DNA of 64,000 nucleotides from Narcine bancroftii (lineage: Eukaryota). Of the stretch, positions 48,285 to 62,550 are shown one piece after another. Both the position numbers and the translations under genes were made by a program. Under the pieces are notes generated by a model. It saw nothing but the letters and a program-made list of their open reading frames with translations, was not told the origin of the DNA and did not search any database. The stretch is taken from NCBI RefSeq assembly GCF_036971445.1, contig NC_091470.1, positions 196,292,001 to 196,356,000 on the forward strand, in the 5' to 3' direction. The stretch's first letter is position 1, and each line of letters begins with the position of its first letter.

Positions 48285-50103
48285 TGTGGTGATGTGGGAT
48301 TACACCACTAAGTCACCAGGGGCCACCACCTGACGACCTGGTATATGAAGCCAACCGGAGCTAGGGTCCTCCGATGGTGGTGTCCTCCGTCCGGCAAGGC
48401 ACTCTGTTTCTGTCTACCTGAGGAGGAGGGAGAAGAGCTTTCCCGCTTCTCATTTGCACGAGAAAGGGTTTTCGCATAATGTCCTTTCCACATTTTGAAC
48501 GGTCCTTTTCTCTAGCCGGGTGTTGGGGACTATCATTTGCCCCAATAATCACCAGGACAAAGACTAAAGGGAACGAATGGCTTCATTGTACAGAAGACTT
48601 GAGCTGGCCCGGATCCAAGCTAGAGAAGGGAGAGGTGGCCCGAACTTTATGGCCTGGGTCCCAGGGGAGGAGTCCCAGTGAGAGTGTCATCGGGGGGTAG
48701 GCCAGCCCGAGCCTTTGCCGGCCAATTAGTACATACAATCCATACCATTACACCGGGCAGAGAGCTCTGGGCTCCCTGCAAAAAAGGCACTTGGAGCGCT
48801 CTAGTGGGGCTGCTGCTGCTACGTTGTGCCCTTGATCACTCGTATTTGTGAGGGGCTAATGAGTCCAGCAGTGTATACTCTTCCAGTTCTCTCCTTGAGT
48901 CCTCCAGAGCCTCCGCAATAGTGACTATCTCTTTTTCCAGCAGTCTTAATCTGATCTCGGTAGATCTGACGCCTGATACAATCCTGTCCCTTATGAGGTC
49001 ATCTGCATACTCTTGGGCTGATTCTAGGTCTTTCAGGGAAAGGATGAAATTTCTAACAGACTCCCCCGCTTGCTGTGACCTGGTCGTGAGCCTGTGTCTG
49101 GAGTGGAGCCTGCTGTGCCCTTTTTTATAGTGTCTCTATAAGGTGCTCATAGCCTCTTGGTAGGACTTAGCATCCTGTATAAGGGAGTACGGGCGATTCC
49201 CCCAGCTGGGCTAGTAGTAACATTAACATCTCTTTCCATGACGCCCCATCAACCCCCACATGATTTAAAAAAACACCTCTGCCATCGGCCAAAGTGTGTG
49301 CTTGCTCCGGGGGTTCTGGGGTCCACTCTAGTTGCTGCCTGTCTGGCCTCAGCACTTGGCTGAACCTAAGCCTCTGGTTCAGTGGCTGGGGGGGGGGTGG
49401 GGGGCACATACCAAGCCTGATCCCTTCCCCACATGGCCACTCAGTCCTGGGGAAGCGTGTGCCCTCTCTGGGGAATCGGGGTTAGCTAGTGGTGTCTTAG
49501 GATAGCAACACATCCACATGGTCCTGGGGTAGATCATGATCGGGAGGATGACTTGCCACACTCCTTCTGCCCGCGCTTGTCGCGATCCTTGATTATAAAT
49601 CAGGAATCCGGGGGGGGGGGGGGGTTTGCTTGGCTGGTCCCGATTCCAGTGAATTAACTAACAGGTAGGGCTCTTAGCTGCTCTTTACCTTCTCCGGGAT
49701 ACTTTTGTCCCTCTTGTAGTCCATGGTTGCTGGGTGAGTCCCTCTCTCCATTGCAATTTCGGTCCTGCAGCTCTCCATCTGGTCCGTACTTGGTTGCACA
49801 TGTGTGAGAGCCATCTCCACTTGCAGGTCCTTAGATCGGGTTATGGAGGAGTCGGGAGCGTGGGCTAGGGCAGAAGTAGCTTCCATCCTGGTTATATATT
49901 AGTCTATTAAATTGTGATTAACATCAACCACATGAGACAGAGAGCAAGTTAAATGCTAGTTTTAATAGACTAATATGTACAGCTAGATCTTGCCTCTGCA
50001 AGCCTAGATCAGAATGGAGGAGCCTAGCTCTGGTCGGCTTTATATACAAGGTCATCAGGTGGTGGCCCCTGGTTACCTAATGGTATAATCGCATATCACC
50101 ACA
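48285..50103 (-). mobile_element. gag-only LTR-retrotransposon derivative: full LTR 50103-49913, decayed gag, inverted partial LTR at 48285-48372
   Basis: RHRLTTRSQQAGESV...LIRDRIVSGVRS.EIRLRLLE gag and decayed zinc knuckle (KCGKGHYAK); both ends begin TGTGGTGAT; TSD GTGAC/GTGGC. Confidence 0.8.
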
Positions 50104-51140
50104 GTGGCAAAATGTTTGAAAAAGTTCAAGACAAGTTTAATAAAATTGAAGAAGAATTTATTAACTGTAAAGATTATGTTGATTTTTGTAAGGAGAAGAT
50201 GGGACAGATGGAAGGTTCATTCACTGGTTGGGAAATTCAGAAGACTGATTTGTTGAAGAAGATTTGGTGAATCAAAGTCGGTGGAATAATGTTAGGATAG
50301 TTGGCCTTCCAGAAGATTTTGAAGGTCCGGACCCAGTCCAGTTTTTTCAAAAGTGGATTCCCAAGGTTTTGGGAACAATGCATTTTTCGAATGGTCTGGA
50401 CTTGGACAAGGCTCACTGGGTGATATGAAGGAAGCCATTCCCCTGCCAAGCACCATGGTCCATTCTGATTTGCTGCCTGTTTTATTAGCTATAACCTTGG
50501 CTACTATCAGAATGGACCATGGTGTGGATAGTAGCCAAGGTTATAGCTAATAAGTTGGCTAAATGCTTACCTGATTTGGTTCATGTAGATGAGGCAGGTT
50601 TTATCAAGAACCGTGATTCAGCGGACAATGTGGTAAAGTTGATTTCTTTAATTAATATCAGCAATCTGACCAAATGATGGTCATCTCTTTGGATGCAGAA
50701 AAAGCCTTTGACGGAGTGGAATGGAGTTATTTTTGTTTTGTCTTGGAAAAGTTTAATTTTGGGCCTCTTTTTACTGGTTGGATTAAGGTTTTGTATAAAA
50801 ATCCCATGGTGAGAGTGATATCTTTACCTTTTACATGATCTAGATCGACCACACAGGGCTGCCCTTTGCCACCAGCTCTGTTTGCATTGGTTATTGAACC
50901 TTTGGGGCAGATGATTAGGCAGGTTAGTGCTATTAAAGGTATTATGGTGAATTCTGATGAAAATAAGATAAATTTGTTTTGATATATTTAGCACATCCTT
51001 TACAATTTTGGAGATTTTACATAAAAGTTTGGAACAGTATGGAGCATTAACTGGATATAAAGTAAATTGGGAAAGAGTGAAATCATGCCTTTAGCTGATA
51101 GGATTACTTGTCATGTAGAAAAGTTGTGAAGTTTAAATGG
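50104..51140 (+). mobile_element. Old, internally deleted L1-clade LINE (ORF1 and RT remnants; probably continues at 48241-48284)
   Basis: NNVRIVGLPEDFEG ORF1 remnant; ISLDAEKAFDGVEW and QGCPLPPALFALVIEPL RT remnants. Confidence 0.85.
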
Positions 51141-52133
51141 TGTTACAAGATCAAACCAGCAACCACAAAGAAGGCATATCACACAGGGGTAAAGATGAAC
51201 AATGACTTTATTAACAAAAATTCACCTTCAAACTTTAATTCAAATCCCCCCTTTTATAACAATGCCCACTGGTTACTATGCAAATTTCTATAACAGTGTA
51301 AAACTAATAAATTCCCCAGCCTAAATATAACATATGTAATTAAAGACTAAGTTATATTTCCAACCAGCCCACAGAAAAACTTAGACACAAAACACACACA
51401 ACTCACAAAAATTTGATCTCAACCGAAGCAAAGATCATAAACAAAATTCAGTTTGTTTGGTAAACTGAAGCCAAAAGTTCTTTGTGAGGGAGAGAGAGAG
51501 AGAGAGCACAATATTCGAAGTTGTCTTCTTGTGTTGCTTGCAGAGAGAGGAACCATTGGCTTGGTCCGGATCCTTCCGACTGGCTTCGAAAATTCCAACA
51601 TTCTAAACTGTCTTCCAGACCATGACTCATGCTCTGGGCCTTCTTCCACTCCACAGCACCACCCAGTGGTGGTTTATCATTTTCTGCACATGCTCAGTCT
51701 GTCTCCCACTCTCTCAGCAATCCACCTTCACCTTGGCTATCTAAGGCAAACTGTCACTTTTTAACATAAAACCACACAAAACATAGGCCAATACACAACA
51801 CAACACAGAACTCTGTAACACCTCCCCTGCTTAAAAAAAAATTTGGTCCACAAGAACAAATTTTTAACAATTAATGGAAGTATTACATAAATAAAAATAA
51901 ACACTCCATTTTTTTACAATAAGTATATGATTAGATTCATATCTACCCAGATTAACATCTTGACAAACAATCTGCTATTACATTATCCGTCCTCTTTATG
52001 TGTGCAATAATTAAATCATACTCTTGTAACATTAAGCTCCAGTTCACTAACCATCTGTTCTTATTTTTCATTTTAGACAGAAAAACTAATTAATTATGAT
52101 CAGTATATATTATTAACAGTTTTTGAGCAGTAC
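51141..52133 (-). mobile_element. 3' end of a Gypsy (Gmr1-like) element: RNase H end, PPT and 680-bp 3' LTR (51820-51141)
   Basis: IYTDHN..WSLMLQEYDLIIAHIK..NVIADCLSRC*; PPT AAGCAGGGGAGG; LTR bounded by TGTTACA...TGTAACA. Confidence 0.88.
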
Positions 52134-53105
52134 GGGGGGGGGGGGGGGCGTGGCAAGATGGCGTAGAGTCTAGACGTGCCATCTCGACCTCTCTGGCCAG
52201 ACTTTAAAATATTAATTTTTTAACCCTTTGTTTCCAAGTTTAAATTTTTAAATTTTAGTTTAAAGTATTAAGGAATTACTATGGCCACTAATGGTCAAAA
52301 AGACTATACCTCAAGTTCATAAGAAGTTACATTTTCGAAGTGCTGAAGATTTGAGGCCTATATGACTTGATACAGCCCCAGGCTCAATCTCTTCATTGTC
52401 TAATCCCCAAATATTGCCTGTCAGGGCTGAAAAAAAATCTATTGCTCACCAAATGAAGGATGCCGCTGGAATTATCCGTTCTCCGGAAGAAGGTGCGTGT
52501 TCCCAAGAAGTGGACCCCGATTTGGAAAGCCTTTCAATTTCAATAGAGGGAGCATGCAGGAAGATGACTCCATTGTTGGAAATGCATCAGGTAGCATTTC
52601 AATCTGAAAAAATAGTTTATCTTCGTGAATTGATGAAAAAAACAATAAGATGCGGGGGGGAGACCAGCGGTGACCCCCTGAGGAAGTCGGGGTGCTGTTG
52701 CTGTGAGTCCAGACTCGCAGTAAAACTTTTAAAATGCCTTCTGTTGAGTTGCAGCAGGAGCTTCAGTTACCTTGTTCTGCCACCATGTCAGAGAGAGCTG
52801 ATGACTGAATCACAGTGTATGCAATTGAATGCAATTGTTCAAGCTGTTATAAAACCTGGAATGGATTTGTTGACATCTCAAATGAATGAAATGTTTCAAA
52901 TGAATACTGGTATGAGTTCAGAATTAAATATGGTTAAGGCATGTGTGGATGCATCTTAAGAAAAATTTTTAAATATTCAGACTGCTTTTTTGGACTGTAA
53001 GCAACAAGTGATTTCTAACAGAAAAAGTATTGAAGGTGGAAAAATCAGTCATAGAATTAGGAGAACTAGAAAGAAAAATAGATTATTTGGAGAATCAAAG
53101 CAGAA

Positions 53106-56100
53106 ACTACTTGGATCGGCTGGGAGTCGGAGGAGGAGCTTGGAGAGAGTTGGGCTGTGAGTCAGAGGAGGAGGAGCTTGCTGAAAGTGACAGGGTTAAT
53201 TGGTCAAGGGGCCAATAAAAGGAGTGAAAGGGGAGGGAGCGGCCAGCGAGGAGTGGCTCAGTGAGTGAGTGGAGCAGTGAAGGAGTGAGACTTCCTGGGT
53301 TTGGCTTATCAGGCTTCGGCGAAAGCAGGCAAGGAGAAAAGGTAAGCTTTGTATTCAGAGTCATGCCAATAGGGTTAGTGCTCTGTACTGGGTGTCAGAT
53401 GCTGCACCAGGTGTACCGAGATGCAGTTACTAAGGGAGTGAATTAGGGATATGGAGTTGCAGATTGATGACCTGCGGCTTGTAAGGGAGAGTGAGGAGTT
53501 AATCGACTCAACTTTCAGGGTGATAAATACTCCAGAATCCGTGTCAGGTAAGTGGGAAACCGTCGGGTGGGGGGGGGGGGGAAAGAAAAAAAGCGAGAAA
53601 AATGGAGAGCACACCAATGACTATCCCACTCAGCAACAGTTATGTTGTGTTGGATTCTGTTGAGGAGGATGACCAGACAGAAGGTGGCCACGGGCACCAG
53701 GTCAATGGCAATGAGCCTGGCAGAGTGGTGCAAAAGAAAAGGAAAAGGAGAAATGCAGTAGTTATTGGGGACTCCATTGTCAGGGGTACAGACAGGAGGT
53801 TCTGTGAGCCAGATAAGTATACCTGCATGGTGTGCTGCCTCCCTGGTGCAAGTGTACGAGATATCACAAATTGGGTCCAAAATATTCTGAGAGGAGAGGG
53901 AGAGCAGCCTGATGTCTTGGTACATGTGGGTACAAACGACATTGACAAGAAAAGGGTGGAGGTAATGAAAAGGGATTACAGTGAGCTGGGACGAAAGCTG
54001 AAAGACAGGAATGCTAGGGTGGAGATCTTGGGATTACTACCTGTTCCAAATGCAAGTGATGAAAAGAACGTAAGGATAAGGAAAATGAACGTGTGACTGA
54101 GGTGCTTGTGTCCAAGGCAAGGATTTGGCTTCTTGGATCATTGGGATCTCTTTTGGGGAAGGCATGACCTTTACAAGAGGGACGGGTTGTACCTAATCCA
54201 AAAGGTGTCAACATTTTGGCAAGTATGTTTGGTACAGCAGTGGGGTAAGGTTTAAACTATTTGGCAAGGGTATGGGAACAAGAGTGACAGGGAAAAGGGT
54301 AGGGAAGATAAAGTAATGGCCAGGAAAAGTAAAATAGGAAAAGTAATGTTGGGAGGAGAAAGTAAAAAATCAGGTGGTGCAGTGAGTTTTCGGGTCAATG
54401 ATAGTCTTAAGAAAATTACAAAGAAAAATAGTGGGCATAAAAATCAAAAGAAAAGGTTACAGAAGTCACTAGATATTAAAAGGATAAAGAGCACAAGGGC
54501 ACTTTATTTGAATGCCCGCAGTATTAGAAATAAGGTTAGTGAACTTGAGGCGCAAATCGGTACCCATGCCTATGTTTTGGTAGCCATCACGGAAACATGG
54601 CTACAAGGTGACCCTAAATGGGAATTAAACTTTCAAGGGTATGAGGTGGTGCAAAGAGATAGACAGGATGGTAAGGGAGGTGGAGTTGCACTCTTATTCA
54701 AAGATGAGCTCCAGGCAGTATCTAAAGAGCATAATGTTGAGTCCATTTGGGTAGAGATAAAGAATAACAAAGGGAAAAAAATTATTGGTGGGTGTTATCT
54801 ATCACCCACCAAATAACAATAGTTTAGTGGCACAGGAAATAAATAGAGAGATAAGTGAGACATGTAATAATGATACGGCAGTAGTCATGGGGGACTTTAA
54901 CTTCCACGTAGATTGGGAAAATCAAGTTGGTCGTGGGAGTCTGGAAGAGGACTTCATAGAATGCATCCGCGATAGCTTTCTTGAGCAGCATGTTAAGGAA
55001 CCCACAAGAGAAAATGCTCTCTTGGATCTAGTGTTGTGCAATGAGATAGGTAGAGTAAATGATGTAATAGTCAGAGACCATCTGGGAAATAGCGATCATA
55101 GTATGATTGAATTTCTCATTCAGATGGAAGGGGAAATAGTTAGATCTAAAACTAATATATTATGCTTAAACAGGGGTGACTACCATAGGATGAGGGAGGA
55201 ATTGGGCAGAGTGGACTGGGAGCACAGGCTAATTGATGAAACAGTTGAGGAACAGTGGAAGATTTTCAAATAAATATTTTGTAATGCTCAACAAAAATAT
55301 ATTCCGGTCAGGAAAAAGGGCAGCAAGGGAGGGAAAAATCAACCGTGGTTAACAAAGGAAATAAAGGAGAGTATAAAATTGAAGGCGCAGGTGTACAAAG
55401 CTGCAAAGAGCAGTGGGAAACTGGAAGATTGGGAAAACTTTAAGAGACAACAAGGGGTTACAAAGCGGGTAATAAGAAATGGGAAAAAGGATTATGAAAG
55501 TAAATTGGCACAAAATATAAAAACAGAAAGCAAAAAATTTTATAAATATATAAAATGGAAGAGGGTGGCCAGAGTTAACATAGGATGAGAAAGGAAAACT
55601 GATAGCAAAAAATGAGGAAATGGCCGAGGCATTAAACAAATATTTTGTGTCAGTCTTCATGGTGGAAGACACGTCTAGCATGCCCAAGTGCGGAGTTAAG
55701 GATGCCAATGTTGGGGAGGGCCTTGATAATAGAGTTGTTACAAAGGAAGTAGTGATGGAGAAACTAATGGGACTAAACCCAGACAAATCACCTGGTCCTG
55801 ATGATATGCATCCAAGGGTTCTGAAGGAAATGGCAGAAGTTATAGTTGATGCATTGGTGGTCATATACCAAAATTCCTTGGATTCTGGGCAGGTCCCGGC
55901 AGACTGGAAGACAGCAAATGTCACGCCACTTTTTAAGAAGGGATGTAGGCAGAAGACTGGAAACTATCGGCCAATTAGCTTGACGTCTGTAGTTGGAAAA
56001 TGCTTGAAGCCGTCATTAAAGATGAAATAGTGAATCTTTTGGAACGTAAGGGTTCAATCAGGCAGACGCAGCATGTTTTTAGAAAGGAAAGATCTTGTTT

Positions 56101-57313
56101 GACAAACTTGTTAGGATTCTTTGAGGATATAATGGGTGCGGTGGATAGAGGGGAACAGGTTGATGTTGTGTATTTGGATTTCCAGAAAACGTTTGATAAG
56201 GTGTCACACAAGAGACTTATCAGTAAGTTACAGGAAAGTGGAGTCCGGGGAAGTCTATTGGCCTGGATTGAAAATTGGTTGTCTGACAGGAGGCAGAGAG
56301 TCAGGATAAATGGGAGTTTTTCAGGTTGGCAGAGAGTGGTAAGTGGGGTGCCGCAGGGGTCAGTGTTAGGCCCACAACTGTTCATCATTTACATTGAAGA
56401 CTTGGAGGAGGGGACAAAATGTGGTGTAGCCAAGTTTGCAGATGACACCAAATTGAGAGGAAGAGCAAATTGTAATGAGGATGTGGAGAGTCTGCAGAGG
56501 GATATAGTTAAGCTGGATGAGTGGGCAAAGGTCTGGCAGATGGAGTACAATGTTAGTAAGTGTGAGGTTATCCACTTTTGGCAAGAAAAATAAAAGAGCT
56601 GAATATTATTTAAAGGGTGAAAAACTACAGTATGCTGTTGTGCAGAGGGACTTGGGAGTGCTTGTGCATGAATCGCAAAAAATTAGGTTGTAGGTGCAGC
56701 AGGTTATTAAGAAGGAAAATGGAATGTTGGCCTTCATCGCAAGAGGAATTGAATTCAGGAGTAGGGAGGTAATGTTGCAACTGTATAAAGTACTGATGAG
56801 ACTGCACCTGGAGTACTGTGTCCAGTTCTGGTCTCCATCCCTTGGGATGAAGGGGTTGACTTATGATGAAAGATTAAATCATCTAGGATTGTATTCGCTC
56901 GAGTTCAGAAGAATGAGAGGAGATCTTATAGAAACATATATGATTATGAAGGGTATGGATAGGATAGATGTAGGAAGGTTTTTTGAGATGGCCGGGGAAA
57001 CTAAAATGAGAGGACACAGTCTCAAGATTCGGGGCAGTAGATTTAGGACAGAGATGAGGAAATATAGTTTTTCCCAGAATGTAGTGAATGTTTGGAATTC
57101 TCTAACCAGGGAAGTGGTTGAGGCTGCCTCATTAAACATATTTAAAATTCGGTTAGATAAATTTTTCATGATAGAGGAATTAGGGGATATGGGGAGAAGG
57201 CAGGTAGGTGGAGTTAGGTCATAAATTAGATCAGCCATGATTGTATTGAATGGCGGAGCAGGTTCAATGGGCCATTTTTGGCCTACTTCTGTTCCTACTT
57301 CCTATGTTCCTAT
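53106..57313 (+). mobile_element. Near full-length CR1 LINE (ORF1 with SGNH esterase; ORF2 APE-RT)
   Basis: VVIGDSIVRG and VHVGTND; NARSIRNK, ITETW, MGDFN, SDH; KSPGPD, NYRPISLTS, YLDFQK, GVPQGSVLGP, FADD; TTCCTATG tandem tail. Confidence 0.95.
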
Positions 57314-60300
57314 GAATAATGTGAAAATTGTTGGTTTGCCAGAAGGTAAAGAAGAACAAGATCCTCTTCGTTTTTTTAAAGACTGGATTCCGGAAATATT
57401 AGGGCAAGAATTTTTCTCAGCTGGTCAACCACCGAGACTGGTAATAATTCGATGTTTGAGTTATTTGGACAGAGAAGCAATACTTCAACTTGTAGTACAA
57501 AATGCGAGACAACGACAACCCCATTATTGATTCAGAATAGCAGAGTCTTTTTTTTATCCTGATTTGAGTCAAGAGGTCATTCAACGTCAACGTCGATTCA
57601 ATCCAGTTAAAGAAGTTTTGTAGCGTAAATGTTACAAGTCTACTTTTCGTTACCCTGCAGTGTTGAAGGTGTTTTATGGAGACTATCAATTTCGGTTTTT
57701 TGAAACTGATCATGAAGCAATGATTTTGGCTGATTCATTGCCAGATGCAAGAGGACAAAGACATAGTCCACCATTATCTCCTAAAGAAAATTCTGGTTGC
57801 TCTGGAAATGGAAGAAATGGCAGAAATGGGAAAAACAGGAATGGAAAGAGTCTACCTCCTTCTGAAATGGGATCTTCGAGATTTGAATCTGGATGAAAAG
57901 AAGAATTTTCTTATTCTATATTTTCTTTTGTTATTATGATATTTTGATGTTATTGACTGTTTGGTTAGGGAGAGAGAGATTTGCACTAAGTTCTTTACTA
58001 GTCATCAGCCACTGGTGGGTGACCCACACCCAATTTTTGTTTAGGGGATTACTACCTTTTGGTAGTTTTTTTTTAGGGGGGGAATTATCTTTTTCCCCCT
58101 TTATTATTTATTTATTTATTTTCCATTTTGAATTTGTGATTTTTTTTATTGGAGGGCCTATATACGTTGATTTGAGTTTTTATATAAAGATATTATTGAT
58201 ATTTAGTAATAATAGTAGATATGTCAAAGTTGAGGTTTGCTACTTTTAATGTTCGAAGATTAAATAGTGCGATTAAATGTAAGAGAGTCTTGGTGTATAT
58301 TAAGAAAATGAAAATTTTCTTAATACAAGAAACACATTTGAATGTGAAGGAAAGCGTGAAATTAAAAAGGGATTGGGTTGGGCATGTATATTCTTCTTAA
58401 TTTAATTCTGGAGCTAAAGGTGAGGCAATTTTGATACATAAAAATTTATCTTTTGAATTACAATCAATGGAGGAAAAGACAGGATGTATTCTTAAATTGA
58501 ATTGTAAGATTTTTAGTGAATTTTGGACTTTAATTAATATTTATGCTCCAAATGCAGATGAAGTATTTATTTTGGATGCACTTTTATGTTTGGGTCAGGC
58601 TAATGATAATATTTTAGTTGGTGGTGATTTTAATTGTGTTTTGGAACCTTTATTAGATAAATCTTCAAAGAAAGTTAAAAAATCCAAGATGGCAATTCAG
58701 GTTCAAGCATTGATGAAAGATCTTAATTTAGTAGATATTTGGAGATGTCTTAATCCAACAGAGAAAATTTTTTCGTTTTATTCATCTAGACATGAATCGT
58801 TTACAAGGATTGACTTCTTTTTAGTATCGGCACATTTACAAGGGAAAATCCAACAAGCAGAATATAAAAGTAGGGTGATTTCAGATCATTCTCTGTTATA
58901 TTTTACATATGAAACTTCTGAGAAAATTCAAATAACTTATCGTTGGAGATTTAATACAATGTTGTTAAAAATATGGAATTTATTGATTTTTTGAAAAACA
59001 AATTAATTTTTTTTGAAATAAAGTTCTAATTCTGTTCAAAGTAAGTTTGTATTATGGGATGCTATGAAAGCCTATTTGAGAGGACAAATAATTAGTTATA
59101 CTTCTAAAATAAAAAAGAATTGATTAAATCAGAGTCTTGAATTAGAGAAACAGATTAATGAGTTAGAAAAGGAATTTCAGAAAGATGCTATAGAAGATCA
59201 GAAAATAGAATTATCTAGGCTGAAATTGAAATATAATACTTTGCAATCTTATCAATTTGAATGTGTGATTAATAGGACTAAACAACAGTATTACAAATGG
59301 GGAGAGAAAGCACATAAGGTATTGGCATGGCAATTAAAGAAAGAACAGATATCGAGGACTATTAATGCTGTTAGATGGAATTCTCTTATTACTTATAAAT
59401 CTTGTGAGATTAATGATGAAATTTATTCATTTTACAAAACATTATATACATCTGAAGGAAAACAGGAAACTGGATTGATTGATCTTTTTTTATCACAGTT
59501 GAATGTACTGATATTAGAGGATGGAGATATTACAGGAGTTAGAAGAACCATTTACTGATTCAGAAATTAAAATGGCTATGCTGGAAATGCTGAACGGTAA
59601 ATCACCTGGCGATGATGGATTTTCGGTTGAATTTTATAAATTTTTTAATGATGATTTATCTACAGTGTTGGGGGATGTTTTACGTCAAGTTGGAGAACAT
59701 TATGAATTACCTGAGTCTTGTTCTAGTGCTTTAATTACAGTAATTTCTAAAAAAGATAGAGATCCTTTGAAAGTATCTTCATATAAACCAATATTATTGT
59801 TAAATGTAGATTATAAAATAATAGCTAAAATATTAGCAAAGAGATTGGCTAAATTTTTACCAAAGTTGATTCATATTGATCAAGCAGGTTTTATAAAGAC
59901 TAGATATGCTTCAGATAACATTTTGCATGTGATTAGTTTGATTAATAGATTTCGACAATCTTCAGATCATCTGATGGTCATATCCTTAGATGCAGAAAAA
60001 GCATTTGATAGAGTTGAATGGAATTTTTTGTTTACATTTTTGGAGAAATTTAAGTTTGGTCCTTCTTTTATTGGTTGGATTAGGGCTCTATATAGTCAAC
60101 CGGTAGCTAGAGTATTGATGAATGGTTTGATTTTGAAATCTTTTAAGTTAACTCGATCAACTCATCAAGGTTGTCCTTTATCACCAGCTTTGTTTGTGTT
60201 AGTGATTGAACGTTTAGCACAATTGATAAGACAAAATACACAGATACAAGATATGAAAGTTTTATATGAGGAGTATAAAATTAATTTATTTGCTGTATTT

Positions 60301-61649
60301 AACAAATACAGTATTGGTGTATTTAACAAATTCAGCTCAGTCATTTTTGCATTTGATGGAATGTTTAATACAATATGGATGTCTTTCTGGATATAGTTAA
60401 CTGGGAAAAAAGTGAAATATTACCGGTAAGTGAAGGAAATTATTCAGTTTATAAGAATATTATTAATTTGAAGTGGACTGACCAAATTATATATCTGTGT
60501 ATAATTTTGAATGTTAATTATCAATCTTTATATAAATTAAATTATGCTCCGTTAATGAAAAAAATCAAAACTGATTTGATTAAATGGAAAGATTTACCTA
60601 TTAATTTAATGGGAAGGATAAATACAATTAAGATGAATATCTTTCCGTGTATACAATATTTGTTTCAATCTATTCTGTATTTACTTGATGAAATTTTTTT
60701 TCAAGATTTAAATAAAATGGTTAGGGAGTTTCTATGAAGGGGTAAATTTTTGAGAGTAGCTTTGAATAAATTAACTTGGAAATATGAGTTAGGGGGATTA
60801 CATTTACCACATTTTCAAAATTATTATGAGGCAGCCCATCTTAAATTTATTAGCTCATTGATGGATTTGGTACGGCCTCCTTGTTGGGCTAAAATTGAGA
60901 TGGAAGTATTTCTGAATTTGAAATACATCAATTTTTGTTTAGATGGAATATGAATTTGTTACAACAATATAATGTGCCTATACTAAAACATTTAATGAAG
61001 TTATGGATAAAGAAAAATAAAATGATAGGTTCTTGGGTAAATTATTGGCTTTGACTCTGTAGTATAATCATCAACTTATCAACTTAAGTTTATTGCATTG
61101 GAGATTTAAAGGTGTGAAAAATTTGGGAGATTGTTTTAAAGAGCGTAAGTTTTTATCTTTTAATCAGATGAGGGAAGATTTTGGTATTGATAAGAATTCT
61201 TTATTTCTTTATTATCAAATTTGATCTTTGGTAAAATGTATGTTGGTAGAGATATGATTTTACCTGAAATGACTAAATTTGAGACTTTTCTTATGAAGGT
61301 ACCAGAGAAGGGATATATTTCATTTATGTATCAAATATTACAGGATGGTATGGATAAAAAGGGTTGGATAGATCTAAAATTAAATGGGAAGTGGATATTG
61401 GTTTTATATTTTCTGAAGAGGATTGGTTAGATATCTGTTATGATAGTGTAACTAGATTGATAAATGCACTATCTAATTAATTACAATTTTTTACATCAAT
61501 TATATATGATGTAATTATATATTATAATTAATTATTTGTATATATGACACCTGAAAAATTAAAAAAAATATGGTTTTCATGAATCAGATTTGTGTTTTAG
61601 ATGTGGTGATACATGCTGTTTGGTCATGTATACATGTATACATATACAA

Positions 61650-62550
61650 TCTTTTTGTGGACAGTGAGGAAGATTACCGTAGATTAAAAGGTGATTTAGG
61701 AAGGCTGGAGGTGTGGGCTGAGAAATGGCTGATGGAATTTAATACAGATAAGTGTGAGGTGTTACATTTTGGAAAGGCAAAATCTAAATAGGACATATGC
61801 ATTAAATGGTAGGCTATTGAGATGTGCAGAGCAACAAAGGGATTTAGGAGTGATGGTAAATAGTACCTTCAAGGCTGATACTCAGGTAGATGGTGTGGTG
61901 AAGAAGGCATTTGGAATGTTGGCCTTCATAAATCGGAGTATTGAATTCAAGAGTAGGGAGGTTATGATGAAATTGTACAAGGCATTGGTGAGGCCAAATT
62001 TGGAGTACTGTGTACAGTTTTGGTCACCAAATTATAGGAAAGATATAAACAAAATAGAGAGAGTGCAGAGAGGTTCACGAGAATGTTGACAGGATTTCAA
62101 GGTTTGAGTTACAGGGAAAGGTTGTGCAGACACGGGCTTTTTTCTCTGGAGCATAGAAGATTGAGGGGGGACTTGATAGAGGTGTTTAAGATTTTAAAAG
62201 GGACAGACAGAGTAAATGTGGATAGGCTTTTTCAATTAAGAGTGGGGGAGATTCAAATTAGAGGGCATGGTTTAAGATTGAAGGGGGAAAATTATAAAGG
62301 GAACATGAGGGGAAATTTTTTTACGCAAAGGGTGGTAGGGATGTGGAATGAGCTTCCGGAAGACGTAGTTGAGGTGGGATCATTGGTTACATTTAAGGAT
62401 AGACTGGATCGTTACATGGAGAGGAGAGGACTGGAGGGGTATGGACCAGGTGCTGGTCAGTGGGACTAGGAGGGTGGGGATTTGTTATGGCATGGACTAG
62501 TAGGGTCGAACTGGCCTGTTCTGTGCTGTAAGTGGTTATATGGTTATATG
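61650..62550 (+). mobile_element. 5'-truncated CR1 inserted in L1 ORF2
   Basis: WAEKWLMEFNTDKCEVLHFG, LYKALVRPNLEYCVQFWSP; tail TGGTTATATGGTTATATG. Confidence 0.92.

Noticed and set aside
15254-50107. CACAGTG heptamers (near 15254, 26928, 45489, 50100) as V(D)J RSS
   Set aside because: No ACAAAAACC nonamer at 12/23 spacing; most lie in repeats and none abuts a V exon.
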